A stretch of 32,000 nt of DNA. Origin: Pseudomonadota bacterium. Its GTDB lineage: Bacteria; Pseudomonadota; Gammaproteobacteria; Burkholderiales; Burkholderiaceae_C. Below are positions 24,628 through 32,000 of this stretch, piece by piece; positions within the stretch are counted from its first letter, which is position 1; each line of letters begins with the position of its first letter. A program made the position numbers and the translations under genes. The notes under the pieces are model-generated. The model was not told where the DNA came from. It searched no databases and saw nothing but the letters and a program-made list of their open reading frames with translations. The DNA is taken from the NCBI GenBank assembly GCA_046046915.1, contig JBJOIT010000003.1, forward strand, positions 1-32,000, given 5' to 3'.

Positions 24628-25244
24628 CAGATGCTCTGGTAAAGGTGGTGTTGGTCAATATAGCGTGCAACAGCGTCGCCCACCAGTGGGGCCACAGGCT
24701 CGCCTGCCGAAAGGCGCTGGCGAATGTCTGTGGCACTAAGAGGAGTCAGCGGCATGGCCAGCCGAATAAAGCGGTCTTGAACACCCGACTGGGGCACAAA
24801 ATTCGGCATTTGGAGCGGTGGGTCAGTCGGGTCTAAAACCCGAGGCACGACGGCGATTTTAGCCAGCCCCAGCAGAGCCTCCCAATCTCGCCAGTTGGGC
24901 AGGCTTTGCGCCTGGTCTTCGCCCATCACCACCACCAGGTCACTGCCATGCCGTTCTGCCAGTATTTCCCGCACGGTGTCGATGGTGTAAGTGGCCCCAG
25001 ACCGGTGCAGTTCGCGGTCATCCACCCGTGCCTTGGGCAGGTTGGCAAAAGCAAGCCGGGTCATGGCCAAGCGATGTTCAGCAGGGCTCAGTTGACGGGT
25101 TTTGTGCCAGGCCTGTCCGGTAGGTAGTACCAGCAGTTCATCCAGCTCCAACTGCGCCAGGGCAGCATCCGCCACCTGCACATGCGCGATGTGCGGCGGA
25201 TCAAACGCCCCACCGTATAGACCGATGCGCCGGCTCAGACCCAC
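24627..25244 (-). CDS. nadD: Nicotinate-nucleotide adenylyltransferase NadD
   Basis: Track ORF 24627..25400 trimmed to GTG 25244 (10-nt overlap with the hemF stop). [16 protein letters not shown] nucleotidyltransferase motif near the new N-terminus. Confidence 0.8.
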   Translation of the reverse strand: MGLSRRIGLYGGAFDPPHIAHVQVADAALAQLELDELLVLPTGQAWHKTRQLSPAEHRLAMTRLAFANLPKARVDDRELHRSGATYTIDTVREILAERHGSDLVVVMGEDQAQSLPNWRDWEALLGLAKIAVVPRVLDPTDPPLQMPNFVPQSGVQDRFIRLAMPLTPLSATDIRQRLSAGEPVAPLVGDAVARYIDQHHLYQSI

Positions 25245-26164
25245 TCGCGACGAACCAGAAAATCTTGGGTCAAAGCGGCTTCGACCGAACCTTCGGGCAA
25301 GGCATGCTGATAAGACCAACTCACCAAGGGTGGCATTGACAGCAGGATGGATTCGGTACGCCCACCCGACTGCAAGCCAAAGTGCGTGCCACGGTCCCAC
25401 ACCAGATTGAACTCGACATAGCGCCCCCGGCGATACAACTGAAACGCACGCTCGCGCTCGCCATAGGCCATGTTCTGACGGCGTTGCACGATAGGCAGGT
25501 AGGCAGACAAAAACGCGTCTCCCACCGACTGCATCATGGCAAAGCTGCCATCAAAACCCAGCTCGGAGAAGTCATCAAAGAAGATGCCGCCCACACCGCG
25601 TGGCTCCTGGCGATGCTTCAGATAGAAGTAATCGTCGCACCAAGCCTTGAAACGGGGGTATTTGTCCTCGCCCGATGCGGCCAAAGCCTGCTTGCAGGTG
25701 GCATGAAAGTGGACTGCGTCCTCCTCGAAACCGTAGCAGGGCGTCAGGTCCATGCCACCACCAAACCAGCAAACCTCGCGGCCATCGCTCCCCGTGGCCG
25801 CAAGCATGCGCACGTTCATGTGCACGATGGGCACATAGGGGTTGCGGGGGTGAAATACCAGCGACACCCCCATGGCCTCAAAGGGCGCGCCCGCCAACTC
25901 AGGGCGGTGCTGGGTGGCCGAAGGGGGCAATTTGGGCCCACTGACCTGAGAAAAACCGCAGCCGGCACGCTCAAAAACAGCGCCACCTTCCAGAATCTGG
26001 GTCACCCCCCTACCCTGCAACGGTTCGCCCGGCGCCTTTTCCCAGGCGTCGGTCAAAAAACTGCTGCCATCGATCTCCGCAATCGCGCCAGTGATGCGTT
26101 GCTGCAACGCCGACAGATAAGCGGCCACCTCAGCAGCGCGAGATGGTGTGTTGGAAGTGTTCAT
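25235..26164 (-). CDS. hemF: Oxygen-dependent coproporphyrinogen III oxidase HemF
   Basis: 309 aa with conserved blocks FEKAGVNFS-like ([11 protein letters not shown]), [37 protein letters not shown] and [16 protein letters not shown]. Confidence 0.9.
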   Translation of the reverse strand: MNTSNTPSRAAEVAAYLSALQQRITGAIAEIDGSSFLTDAWEKAPGEPLQGRGVTQILEGGAVFERAGCGFSQVSGPKLPPSATQHRPELAGAPFEAMGVSLVFHPRNPYVPIVHMNVRMLAATGSDGREVCWFGGGMDLTPCYGFEEDAVHFHATCKQALAASGEDKYPRFKAWCDDYFYLKHRQEPRGVGGIFFDDFSELGFDGSFAMMQSVGDAFLSAYLPIVQRRQNMAYGERERAFQLYRRGRYVEFNLVWDRGTHFGLQSGGRTESILLSMPPLVSWSYQHALPEGSVEAALTQDFLVRREWV

Positions 26165-27453
26165 GCGCGGATCGCCCTGTAACCAATGTCGGTTCGGTAT
26201 TGCATGCCATCGAAAGCGATGCCTTGCGCCACCTCATAAGCCCGGTGCTGAGCCAGCTTCGTACTGTCGCCCAGGGCGGTCACGCACAGCACGCGTCCGC
26301 CGCTGGTGCAAACCTGCCCGTCCTGCATGCTGGTGCCGGCGTGGAAAACCACCGCATCCTCGGTGTCTGCGGGCAACCCGCTGATGGCATCGCCCTTGCG
26401 TGGGTGCAAGGGGTAACCGTGAGCGGCCATCACCACGCCCAGAGCGGTACGACGATCCCACTGCAGCTCCACCTTATCGAGCGCGCCGTGCGGGCCAGGC
26501 TCTGTCGCTGCCCACAGAACATCAACCAGATCGGTCTTGAGCCTCATCATGATGGGCTGGGTCTCCGGGTCGCCCATGCGGCAGTTGAACTCCAGAGTCT
26601 TGGGGTGCCCCTGCGCATCAATCATCAGACCGGCATACAGGAAGCCCGTGAAGGGGATACCGTCTTTTTCCATACCACGCACCGTGGGCAGGATGATTTC
26701 ACGCATGGCACGGGCGTGCACATCAGGCGTCACCACCGGGGCCGGCGAGTAAGCACCCATACCGCCGGTGTTGGGCCCTTCATCGGCATTGAGCAAACGC
26801 TTGTGGTCCTGGCTGGTGGCCAGCGCCAGCACGTTTTTGCCGTCGACCATGACGATAAAGCTGGCTTCTTCGCCCTGCAAGAACTCCTCGATCACCACCC
26901 GCGCGCCGCCCTCGTTGTGGCTGACGCCCAGGGTGTCGTCGAGCAACATGAAATCGATCGCTTCGTGCGCCTCGGCAGCCGTCATGGCCACTACCACGCC
27001 TTTGCCTGCCGCCAGACCATCCGCCTTGACCACGATGGGCGCGCCCATCTTGTCGACGTACGCGTGGGCGGCCACCGGGTCAGAAAAGGTCTCGTAAGCA
27101 GCCGTCGGGATACCGTGGCGCTTCATGAAGGCTTTGGAAAAAGCCTTGGAGCTTTCAAGTTGCGCCGCCGCCCGGGTAGGCCCAAACACCCGCATGCCAT
27201 GCAGACGAAACTCGTCCACGATGCCAGCGGCGAGCGGGCCTTCAGGCCCCACCACCGTCAGTGCAATTTTTTCGGACTGCGCCCACTCACGCAAGGCTTG
27301 CACATCGGTAATGGGAATGTTTTGCAGCCGGCTGTCGCGGGCTGTTCCGCCGTTGCCGGGCGCAACAAAGACCGATTGAATTTTGGGCGACTGCGCCAGC
27401 TTCCAGGCCAGCGCGTGTTCACGCCCGCCGCCACCTACCACCAGCACCTTCAT
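26161..27453 (-). CDS. purD: Phosphoribosylamine-glycine ligase PurD
   Basis: [20 protein letters not shown]-terminus and ATP-grasp core. 430 aa. ATGA-type 4-nt overlaps on both sides. Confidence 0.9.
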   Translation of the reverse strand: MKVLVVGGGGREHALAWKLAQSPKIQSVFVAPGNGGTARDSRLQNIPITDVQALREWAQSEKIALTVVGPEGPLAAGIVDEFRLHGMRVFGPTRAAAQLESSKAFSKAFMKRHGIPTAAYETFSDPVAAHAYVDKMGAPIVVKADGLAAGKGVVVAMTAAEAHEAIDFMLLDDTLGVSHNEGGARVVIEEFLQGEEASFIVMVDGKNVLALATSQDHKRLLNADEGPNTGGMGAYSPAPVVTPDVHARAMREIILPTVRGMEKDGIPFTGFLYAGLMIDAQGHPKTLEFNCRMGDPETQPIMMRLKTDLVDVLWAATEPGPHGALDKVELQWDRRTALGVVMAAHGYPLHPRKGDAISGLPADTEDAVVFHAGTSMQDGQVCTSGGRVLCVTALGDSTKLAQHRAYEVAQGIAFDGMQYRTDIGYRAIRA

Positions 27454-28184
27454 ACTGCAGCTCCGTCAATTTCAGCGTTGTGAAAAACCGCCTGGACGTC
27501 ATCCAGGTCTTCCAGCACATCCAGCAGCTTTTGCATGCGAGCGGCGTCTTCGCCGGTCAGCTCAATGGTGTTTTCGGCGCGCATGGTGACTTCGGCCACA
27601 TCGGGCTTAAAGCCGGCGGCCTCCAGGGCATTGCGCACAGACTCAAAATCAGGCGCTGAGGTCAGCACCTCGATCGCACCTTCATCATCCGTGATCACGT
27701 CGTCAGCGCCGGCATCGAGTGCAGCTTCCATCAGTTTGGTTTCGTCGGTGCCTGGCGCAAACACCAACTGGCCGCAATGCTTGAACTGAAAGGCCACCGA
27801 ACCCTCGGTACCCATGTTGCCGCCGTGCTTGCTGAACGCATGCCGCACCTCAGCAACCGTGCGAACCCGGTTGTCGGTCATGGTGTCCACAATGATGGCG
27901 GCACCGCCGATGCCATAGCCCTCGTAACGAATTTCCTCGTAGCTCACGCCTTCTTGGTTGCCGGTGGCCTTGTCGATGTTGTATTTGATGCGGTCGGCCG
28001 GCATGTTGGCGGCCTTGGCTTTGTCCACGGCCAGACGCAGACGGGGGTTGGCGCTGAGGTCACCACCACCGGCACGGGCAGCCACCGTGATCTCGCGGAT
28101 GATGCGGGTCCAGATCTTGCCCCGCTTCTCGTCCTGACGACCTTTACGGTGCTGAATATTGGCCCATTTGCTGTGTCCTGCCAC
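27450..28184 (-). CDS. yebC: YebC/PmpR-family transcriptional regulator
   Basis: [37 protein letters not shown] is the family hallmark. 244 aa. Confidence 0.9.
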   Translation of the reverse strand: MAGHSKWANIQHRKGRQDEKRGKIWTRIIREITVAARAGGGDLSANPRLRLAVDKAKAANMPADRIKYNIDKATGNQEGVSYEEIRYEGYGIGGAAIIVDTMTDNRVRTVAEVRHAFSKHGGNMGTEGSVAFQFKHCGQLVFAPGTDETKLMEAALDAGADDVITDDEGAIEVLTSAPDFESVRNALEAAGFKPDVAEVTMRAENTIELTGEDAARMQKLLDVLEDLDDVQAVFHNAEIDGAAV

Positions 28185-28243
28185 AAAGATTCCTTCACTA
28201 AAAGTCGTTACGCTACGCCTTGGATTGTACTTTTGGGATTTTC

Positions 28244-29788
28244 ATGGCCGCCTCTGTTGACTCCTCTGCACCCGCTTCCATCCTGCTGGCCCAGCATGGC
28301 ACCACACACTGCCACCTGTTGCTAGACAAAGCCAATCGGCACGGCCTGATCACCGGCGCCACGGGCACCGGCAAAACCATCACACTGCAAACCTTGGCCG
28401 AGGGATTCTCCAAGGCAGGGGTGCCGGTCTTCATGGCCGATATCAAAGGCGACCTCAGCGGCATCTCTCAAACTGGCAGCATCGGCGGCGAATTGGCAGG
28501 CATCCTAGCGGAGCGCGGCTTGAGTGCACCCGATCCCCTGGCCTGTCCCACCACGCTGTGGGATGTGTTTGGCAAGCAGGGCCACCCTGTGCGCGCCACG
28601 GTCAGCGACCTAGGCCCGCTGCTGCTGGCTCGCATGCTCAACCTCAACGACACCCAGGCCGGCGTGCTGAACCTGGTCTTCAAGATTGCCGATGACAACG
28701 GCATGCTCTTGCTGGATCTGAAAGATCTGCGCGCGATGCTGCAGTACGTGGGTGACAACGCACGCGACTTCACCACCCACTACGGCAACATCAGCGCGGC
28801 CAGTATCGGCGCCATTCAGCGCGGCCTGATGCAGGTCGAATCCCAAGGCGGCGACCAGTTTTTTGGCGAGCCCATGCTCAACATCAGCGACCTGATGCAG
28901 ACCGACACCGGCGGGCAAGGCGTGGTCAATATCCTGGCCGCTGACCAGCTGATGAACTCCCCTCGCCTGTACGCCACCTTTTTGCTGTGGATGCTGGCGG
29001 AGCTGTTCGAGCAATTACCCGAGGTGGGCGACCTGGAAAAACCCAAACTGGTGTTCTTTTTTGACGAAGCTCACCTGCTGTTTGCGGATGCACCCAAGGT
29101 CTTGCTGGAGCGCATCGAACTGGTGGTGCGGCTGGTGCGTTCCAAGGGTGTGGGCGTTTACTTTGTGACTCAAAACCCGCTGGATATTCCCGATACCGTG
29201 CTGGCCCAGCTGGGCAACCGCGTTCAGCATGCCTTGCGCGCATTCACACCGCGTGACCAGAAAGCCGTCAAGGCCACGGCGCAAACCATGCGACAAAAAC
29301 CGGGTCTGGACATCGAAACCGCCATCACAGAGCTGGGTGTGGGCGAGGCCCTGGTCAGCCTGCTGGATGACAAAGGTCGCCCCGGTGTCACCGAGCGGGT
29401 GTACGTATTACCACCCGGCAGCCAGATCGGTCCCATCAACCCCGAGCAGCGTCAGATGTTGTTGCGAGATTCCCTCGTGGCGGGCGTCTATGAGCAAGCC
29501 GTTGACCGCGAGTCTGCGTTTGAACTGATCAAGGGGCGCGCCACAACCGCAACTGCGACCATGGGCGCTGATCCGGGAACAGACCGCGCCGCGCCAGCGG
29601 AAAAAGGAAACGGCTTGCTCAGCGGCCTGGGCGATGTGCTGTTTGGCTCCACCGGGCCGCGCGGCGGTCAACGCGAGGGGCTTGCACAAGCCATGGTCAA
29701 GTCTGCGGTGCGCACCATCGGCTCAACCGTGGGTCGGGAAATCATCCGCGGTGTTCTGGGCAGCATGCTGGGTAGTAAGCGGCGCTAA
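28244..29788 (+). CDS. HerA-like P-loop ATPase (YjgR/DUF853 family)
   Basis: Track ORF 28220..29788 (TTG start), with the first ATG at 28244. Walker A GATGTGKT and Walker B-like [13 protein letters not shown]. Family name is from memory. Confidence 0.7.
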   Translation: MAASVDSSAPASILLAQHGTTHCHLLLDKANRHGLITGATGTGKTITLQTLAEGFSKAGVPVFMADIKGDLSGISQTGSIGGELAGILAERGLSAPDPLACPTTLWDVFGKQGHPVRATVSDLGPLLLARMLNLNDTQAGVLNLVFKIADDNGMLLLDLKDLRAMLQYVGDNARDFTTHYGNISAASIGAIQRGLMQVESQGGDQFFGEPMLNISDLMQTDTGGQGVVNILAADQLMNSPRLYATFLLWMLAELFEQLPEVGDLEKPKLVFFFDEAHLLFADAPKVLLERIELVVRLVRSKGVGVYFVTQNPLDIPDTVLAQLGNRVQHALRAFTPRDQKAVKATAQTMRQKPGLDIETAITELGVGEALVSLLDDKGRPGVTERVYVLPPGSQIGPINPEQRQMLLRDSLVAGVYEQAVDRESAFELIKGRATTATATMGADPGTDRAAPAEKGNGLLSGLGDVLFGSTGPRGGQREGLAQAMVKSAVRTIGSTVGREIIRGVLGSMLGSKRR

Positions 29789-29834
29789 ATCAGGCATCGT
29801 TCGTGCTTCACACCCGCTTTCACTATCCACCACC

Positions 29835-30464
29835 ATGAACCAGATCCACGTCATCCAGCACCCCTTGGTGCAGCACAAACTCACGCTGATGCGCCAGAAA
29901 CACGCCAGCACCACCAGCTTTCGCCAACTGCTCAACGAATTGAGCATGCTCATGGCCTATGAAATCACCCGCGACATGCCCACGCAGGAAATCGAGATTG
30001 AAACGCCCCTCGAAACCACCACGGGTAGGGTGATAGACGGCAAAAAACTTGTGTTTGCGTCCATTCTGCGGGCTGGTACCGGCATTCTTGACGGCGTGCT
30101 CAGCGTGGTGCCCGGCGCGCGGGTGGGCCACATCGGCCTGTACCGCGACCCACAGACACTGCAAGCCGTGGAGTACTACTTCAAGATGCCAAGCAACATG
30201 CCCGAGCGCGACGTGATCGTGGTCGATCCCATGCTCGCCACGGGCAACTCAGCAGCAGCGGCCGTCGCGAGACTCAAGCAGACCCGGCCTCGCTCTATCA
30301 AGTTTTTGTGCCTGCTGGCAGCCCCAGAAGGCATTGCGACGCTACGGGCCGCGCACCCCGATGTGCCAATTTACACCGCTGCCGTAGACCGTGAACTAAA
30401 CGACCACGGCTACATCCTGCCGGGTCTGGGCGATGCCGGCGACCGGATTTTTGGTACCCGGTAA
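29835..30464 (+). CDS. upp: Uracil phosphoribosyltransferase
   Basis: Track ORF 29634..30464 trimmed to ATG 29835. [21 protein letters not shown]-terminus, PRPP loop [14 protein letters not shown]-terminal [16 protein letters not shown]. Confidence 0.9.
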   Translation: MNQIHVIQHPLVQHKLTLMRQKHASTTSFRQLLNELSMLMAYEITRDMPTQEIEIETPLETTTGRVIDGKKLVFASILRAGTGILDGVLSVVPGARVGHIGLYRDPQTLQAVEYYFKMPSNMPERDVIVVDPMLATGNSAAAAVARLKQTRPRSIKFLCLLAAPEGIATLRAAHPDVPIYTAAVDRELNDHGYILPGLGDAGDRIFGTR

Positions 30465-30473
30465 ATCTGGGCT

Positions 30474-30950
30474 TCAGTGATGGTGACCGTGCGCACCATG
30501 TACGTGGCGGTGCGCAATTTCTTCACCCGATGCCATGCGGACTTCCTGGACCTTAAGGGCAAACTTCAAGGTCTTGCCTGCGTGCGGGTGGTTGCCGTCG
30601 AGCAGCACGGTATCGCCCTTGATCTTGACCACATGGAACACCTGCTCGTGTCCATCGTCTGAATAGCCCTTGAGCTGACCGCCCACCTTCACGCCCGGTG
30701 GAAAGTCTTTTTTGGGAATGGTGCGCTCCAGCGCCGGATTGCGCTGGCCAAAAGCATCTTCGGGCGCCAGCGTGAGAGTGGTCTGATAGCCGGCAGCCTG
30801 GCCCTGCAAGGCCGCTTCAATCTTGGGAAATGTGTTGTCGTAGCCACCATGCAGGTAGGCCATGGGCTCGTCGCTTTGCTCCAGCACTTTGCCGGCGGCA
30901 TCCATCACCTTGTAGCTCAAGGTAACCACGGTGTCTTTGTCGATGTTCAT
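30474..30950 (-). CDS. slyD: FKBP-type peptidyl-prolyl isomerase SlyD
   Basis: FKBP fold with an insert-in-flap region (YLHGGYDNTFPKIEAALQG...) and a His-rich metal-binding tail HRHVHGAHGHHH. Confidence 0.85.
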   Translation of the reverse strand: MNIDKDTVVTLSYKVMDAAGKVLEQSDEPMAYLHGGYDNTFPKIEAALQGQAAGYQTTLTLAPEDAFGQRNPALERTIPKKDFPPGVKVGGQLKGYSDDGHEQVFHVVKIKGDTVLLDGNHPHAGKTLKFALKVQEVRMASGEEIAHRHVHGAHGHHH

Positions 30951-31007
30951 GTGTTTGGTTTTTTGTAGTGATACAGGCGGCGTGATTTTCGCTGCAATAT
31001 GCCCTGA

Positions 31008-31406
31008 TCAGCCTGAAGCAGCATCGCCCGGTGCCGCAATGCCCTCGAAAAACAAGACCTTCATCGCGTTCACAAATACTTCCGCTTGGACTACCAAATC
31101 AACTGCATCACCATGCGTCACCGATTCGCCGTTGTAGTCGGCCACCAGACGCATTTCCTCAGCGCGCTTCAGTTGGCGCCCCAACTCTTTACTGACAGGG
31201 CCGTCCTTAACCAGATAGGCACTGAAGGTGTTAATCAATCCACGGTGTGTCTTGCCCAATGCATCCGGCGCTGGCACGCCGGCCATCAGAAGAGCAGCCT
31301 GCGCAGCATCAAACATGGCGTAGTAGGCACGGTTGCACGCACCATCCACGTCCTTGAGCTCCAGCAAAACACGAGCTGACATCACGGCTTGGATGGCTTT
31401 ACCCAT
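31008..31406 (-). CDS. HEPN-domain protein (putative toxin partner of the upstream nucleotidyltransferase)
   Basis: Track ORF 31008..31505 trimmed to ATG 31406. ACNRAYYAMFDAAQAALL and EEMRLVADYN fit the HEPN helical pattern (R-x-x-x-D-Y variant). Lies 26 nt downstream of an NTase gene. Confidence 0.6.
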   Translation of the reverse strand: MGKAIQAVMSARVLLELKDVDGACNRAYYAMFDAAQAALLMAGVPAPDALGKTHRGLINTFSAYLVKDGPVSKELGRQLKRAEEMRLVADYNGESVTHGDAVDLVVQAEVFVNAMKVLFFEGIAAPGDAASG

Positions 31407-31432
31407 CAGCGAAACTGAAGACTTGGACGGCG

Positions 31433-31999
31433 TCAAACCCGAACCCCTTCGCGCGCTATGTTCGCCAACAAGGCGGGGTTGACATAGGTCTCTGGGTGCT
31501 CCCACTCATCCATCCACACCGGCATGGGTGAAATATTAATACCCGTTTCTAGCAATACCTCATAGGCCGCGTCAGACATCTTCAACTTGGTGTCCAGAAA
31601 GCGCTGGTGCGTTCCTTCGAGCAAAACAGCCACATCTGCGTCGCTGTCTGGGCGGTGATCGCCGCGCGCCCGACTGCCATACAGAATCACTTCCTTGGCG
31701 GAGAAATCCGGGTCTATCCTCAGGCGAAACTGCTGGACCGCTTGCAATGTGGCTTCATCAAGCTGGTGAGTAGGGGGCAAAACTGCTGCCGGCTGCTCCT
31801 GCAAAGCCCCCAAGATGAACTTGCGCAGACGCTCAAACCGCCCCACGCGAATCATCTCCTTTGGCGACATGTCACCCAGCAGCGGGTTGCGCGTCTGAAA
31901 CCAAACCACCGTCTTTTCCGTATCACCGTCAAACACCCGGGCGACCAGATTGATGGTGATGCCAATATCTTGCAGAAGCTCACGCACAGGCTCGGGCAT
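31433..31999 (-). CDS. Minimal nucleotidyltransferase (MNT) fused to an N-terminal DUF2384-like (Xre/MbcA/ParS toxin-binding type) domain
   Basis: NTase motif LYGSRARGDHRPDSDADVAVLL (G-S-x9-D-x-D). The N-terminal VVWFQTRNPLLGDMSPKEMI...RLRKFILG resembles the DUF2384 consensus (from memory). The ATG sits 1 nt from the window edge, so the true start could lie outside the window. Confidence 0.6.
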   Translation of the reverse strand: MPEPVRELLQDIGITINLVARVFDGDTEKTVVWFQTRNPLLGDMSPKEMIRVGRFERLRKFILGALQEQPAAVLPPTHQLDEATLQAVQQFRLRIDPDFSAKEVILYGSRARGDHRPDSDADVAVLLEGTHQRFLDTKLKMSDAAYEVLLETGINISPMPVWMDEWEHPETYVNPALLANIAREGVRV

Positions 32000-32000
32000 G

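Noticed and set aside
23398-24642. 414-aa plus-strand ORF
   Set aside because: It lies antisense to rlmH and rsfS. Its low-complexity Gly/Leu/Arg/Phe runs mirror the AKP-rich rsfS tail, so it is a shadow ORF.
25245-25400. Upstream extension of nadD
   Set aside because: It would overlap 166 nt of hemF. The conserved GGAFDPPH motif sits right after GTG 25244.
25382-26182. 266-aa plus-strand ORF
   Set aside because: It lies antisense to hemF and is a shadow frame.
26143-27483. 446-aa plus-strand ORF
   Set aside because: It lies antisense to purD, which has unmistakable motifs. The composition is His/Arg/Gly-rich and not protein-like.
1-32000. Search for CRISPR arrays, rRNA genes, IS elements with terminal inverted repeats, and REP-type dispersed repeats
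   Set aside because: I found no regularly spaced direct repeats, no rRNA-like sequence and no transposase-like ORFs by eye. Only the 46-bp att repeat and the short repeats listed in the findings were found. A manual scan cannot exclude short dispersed repeats.

Overview
This is a high-GC proteobacterial chromosome segment. Gene content and order (rng-maf-rlmH-rsfS-nadD-hemF-purD-yebC, tolB-pal-cpoB, zapA followed by 6S RNA) look betaproteobacterial, Burkholderiales/Comamonadaceae-like; that taxon call is inference only. Left part (1-7200): a cobalamin-riboswitch-controlled uptake operon on the minus strand (TonB-dependent receptor, two BtuF-like binding proteins, FecCD permease). It is followed by zapB-like/zapA, a 6S RNA, a TauE-family permease, yjdM/phnA and a Cys-less glutaredoxin-fold gene. 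Centre (7219-14554): a visibly lower-GC island of about 7.3 kb inserted into the 3' end of tRNA-Lys(CUU). It is bounded by a perfect 46-bp direct repeat and has a tyrosine integrase next to the intact tRNA. It also carries a second, catalytic-domain-only tyrosine recombinase, an ORF-free stretch of about 850 bp that is rich in hairpins and repeats, and about nine ORFs I cannot assign. These include an apparent five-gene minus-strand operon: secreted protein, mini-lipoprotein, H-NS-N-terminal-like protein, and two overlapping unknowns. This island is the best candidate for something undescribed. Right part (14592-32000): tRNA-Lys(UUU), tcdA, yeeE-like, cpoB-pal-tolB, msbA-like, rng, maf, rlmH, rsfS with a long Lys/Ala/Pro tail, nadD, hemF, purD, yebC, a HerA-like DUF853 ATPase, upp and slyD. 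It ends with an NTase/HEPN pair whose NTase carries an N-terminal DUF2384-like domain. No CRISPR array, rRNA or IS element was seen. All protein calls rest on motif recognition from memory, not on database searches.
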